A stretch of DNA of 64,000 nt, from assembly GCF_006345805.1 (NCBI RefSeq), contig NC_043000.1, forward strand, positions 80,910,001 through 80,974,000, read 5' to 3'. The stretch comes from Octopus sinensis. Its lineage: Eukaryota. Shown in pieces: positions 63,283 through 64,000 of this stretch. The notes under the pieces are model-generated. The model did no database searches. It was not told the origin of the DNA and worked only from the letters and a program-made list of their open reading frames with translations. The first letter of the stretch is position 1; each line of letters starts with the position of its first letter. The translations under genes and the position numbers were made by a program.

Positions 63283-64000
63283 CAGTCACAGAGACAGACA
63301 GATGTGTGTGTACATATCTTGCAATTTTGTCTCTCTCACCATATAACAGTCAATGTTTATTCCTTTCCATCCCATAACTTAGCAATTTGGCAGGAAAATA
63401 ACTGATAGAACAAGTAGCAGACTGAAAATAAATATAAACCCATGCAGCTGCTCAGTTTGGGTGAAATCCAATGACTGAAACATGAAAAAAAATTGAAGAA
63501 CACGTGTGTGCACATGTCTTTCTGTCTATGCATGTTTCTCACCTCTTTCACAACCAGTATTGGTTTGTTTATATACTTGTAACTTAGCAGTTCAGCAAAA
63601 AGTAACCAGCAGAATAAGTAGCAGACTTAAAAATAAATACTCGGAACAATTTTATAGAACAGACTTTCCAAGATGGTTGTCCTAGTATTGCTGCTGTTTA
63701 ATGACAGAAAGCTGTAAAAGACTATTTCTAAAACACCAATTTTGGTCTACAATGTATTTTACTTCCACACTTCCTACATCAATTCTTCTAATACACACAC
63801 ATTAATATTATATTCTTTCTTTCTAAATTAATAACATCTTATAACCCAATAGTAATATAAAACCTTCTACTTTATCAATTACTACTTTGGTCAACTATTA
63901 TTAGCTTATTTTATATGATTCATCTTGTTTTATATGATTTTGTATGATTCTTCACACAAATTTTTATTATCTTTACAAGATATTTTTTTAGAATTAATTT

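Overview
Eukaryotic, AT-rich, repeat-saturated DNA. The SINE/LINE families and dense (TA)n/(CA)n/(AAT)n microsatellites look like an octopod cephalopod genome (inference; not checked against a database). The only host coding sequence I can support is one 143-bp exon (37373-37515, +) encoding the start of the N-terminal cyclic-nucleotide-binding region of an Epac/RAPGEF4 orthologue, so most of the window is probably intron. The rest is transposon debris: two R4/Dong-like LINEs, several RTE LINE pieces, a young CR1 3' end, two full-length decayed mariners, two deleted DD37D/maT-like elements, a deleted Helitron with intact ends, hAT/Tc1/piggyBac-type MITEs and many tRNA-derived SINEs. Best leads: (1) three unrelated non-coding elements (18.8, 26.8 and 27.8 kb) that each carry a type I hammerhead-ribozyme fold, an inverted arm and TA-rich flanks (Penelope-like/retrozyme-like), one with a G3-C8 swapped core; (2) a 1.46-kb Tx1/L1-like retroposon with an intact ORF1 and no ORF2, inserted with a TSD between the A and B boxes of a SINE head; (3) a six-fold tandem amplification of an RTE LINE 3' UTR. 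All alignments and folds were done by eye. Repeat boundaries are approximate unless a TSD or TIR is quoted.
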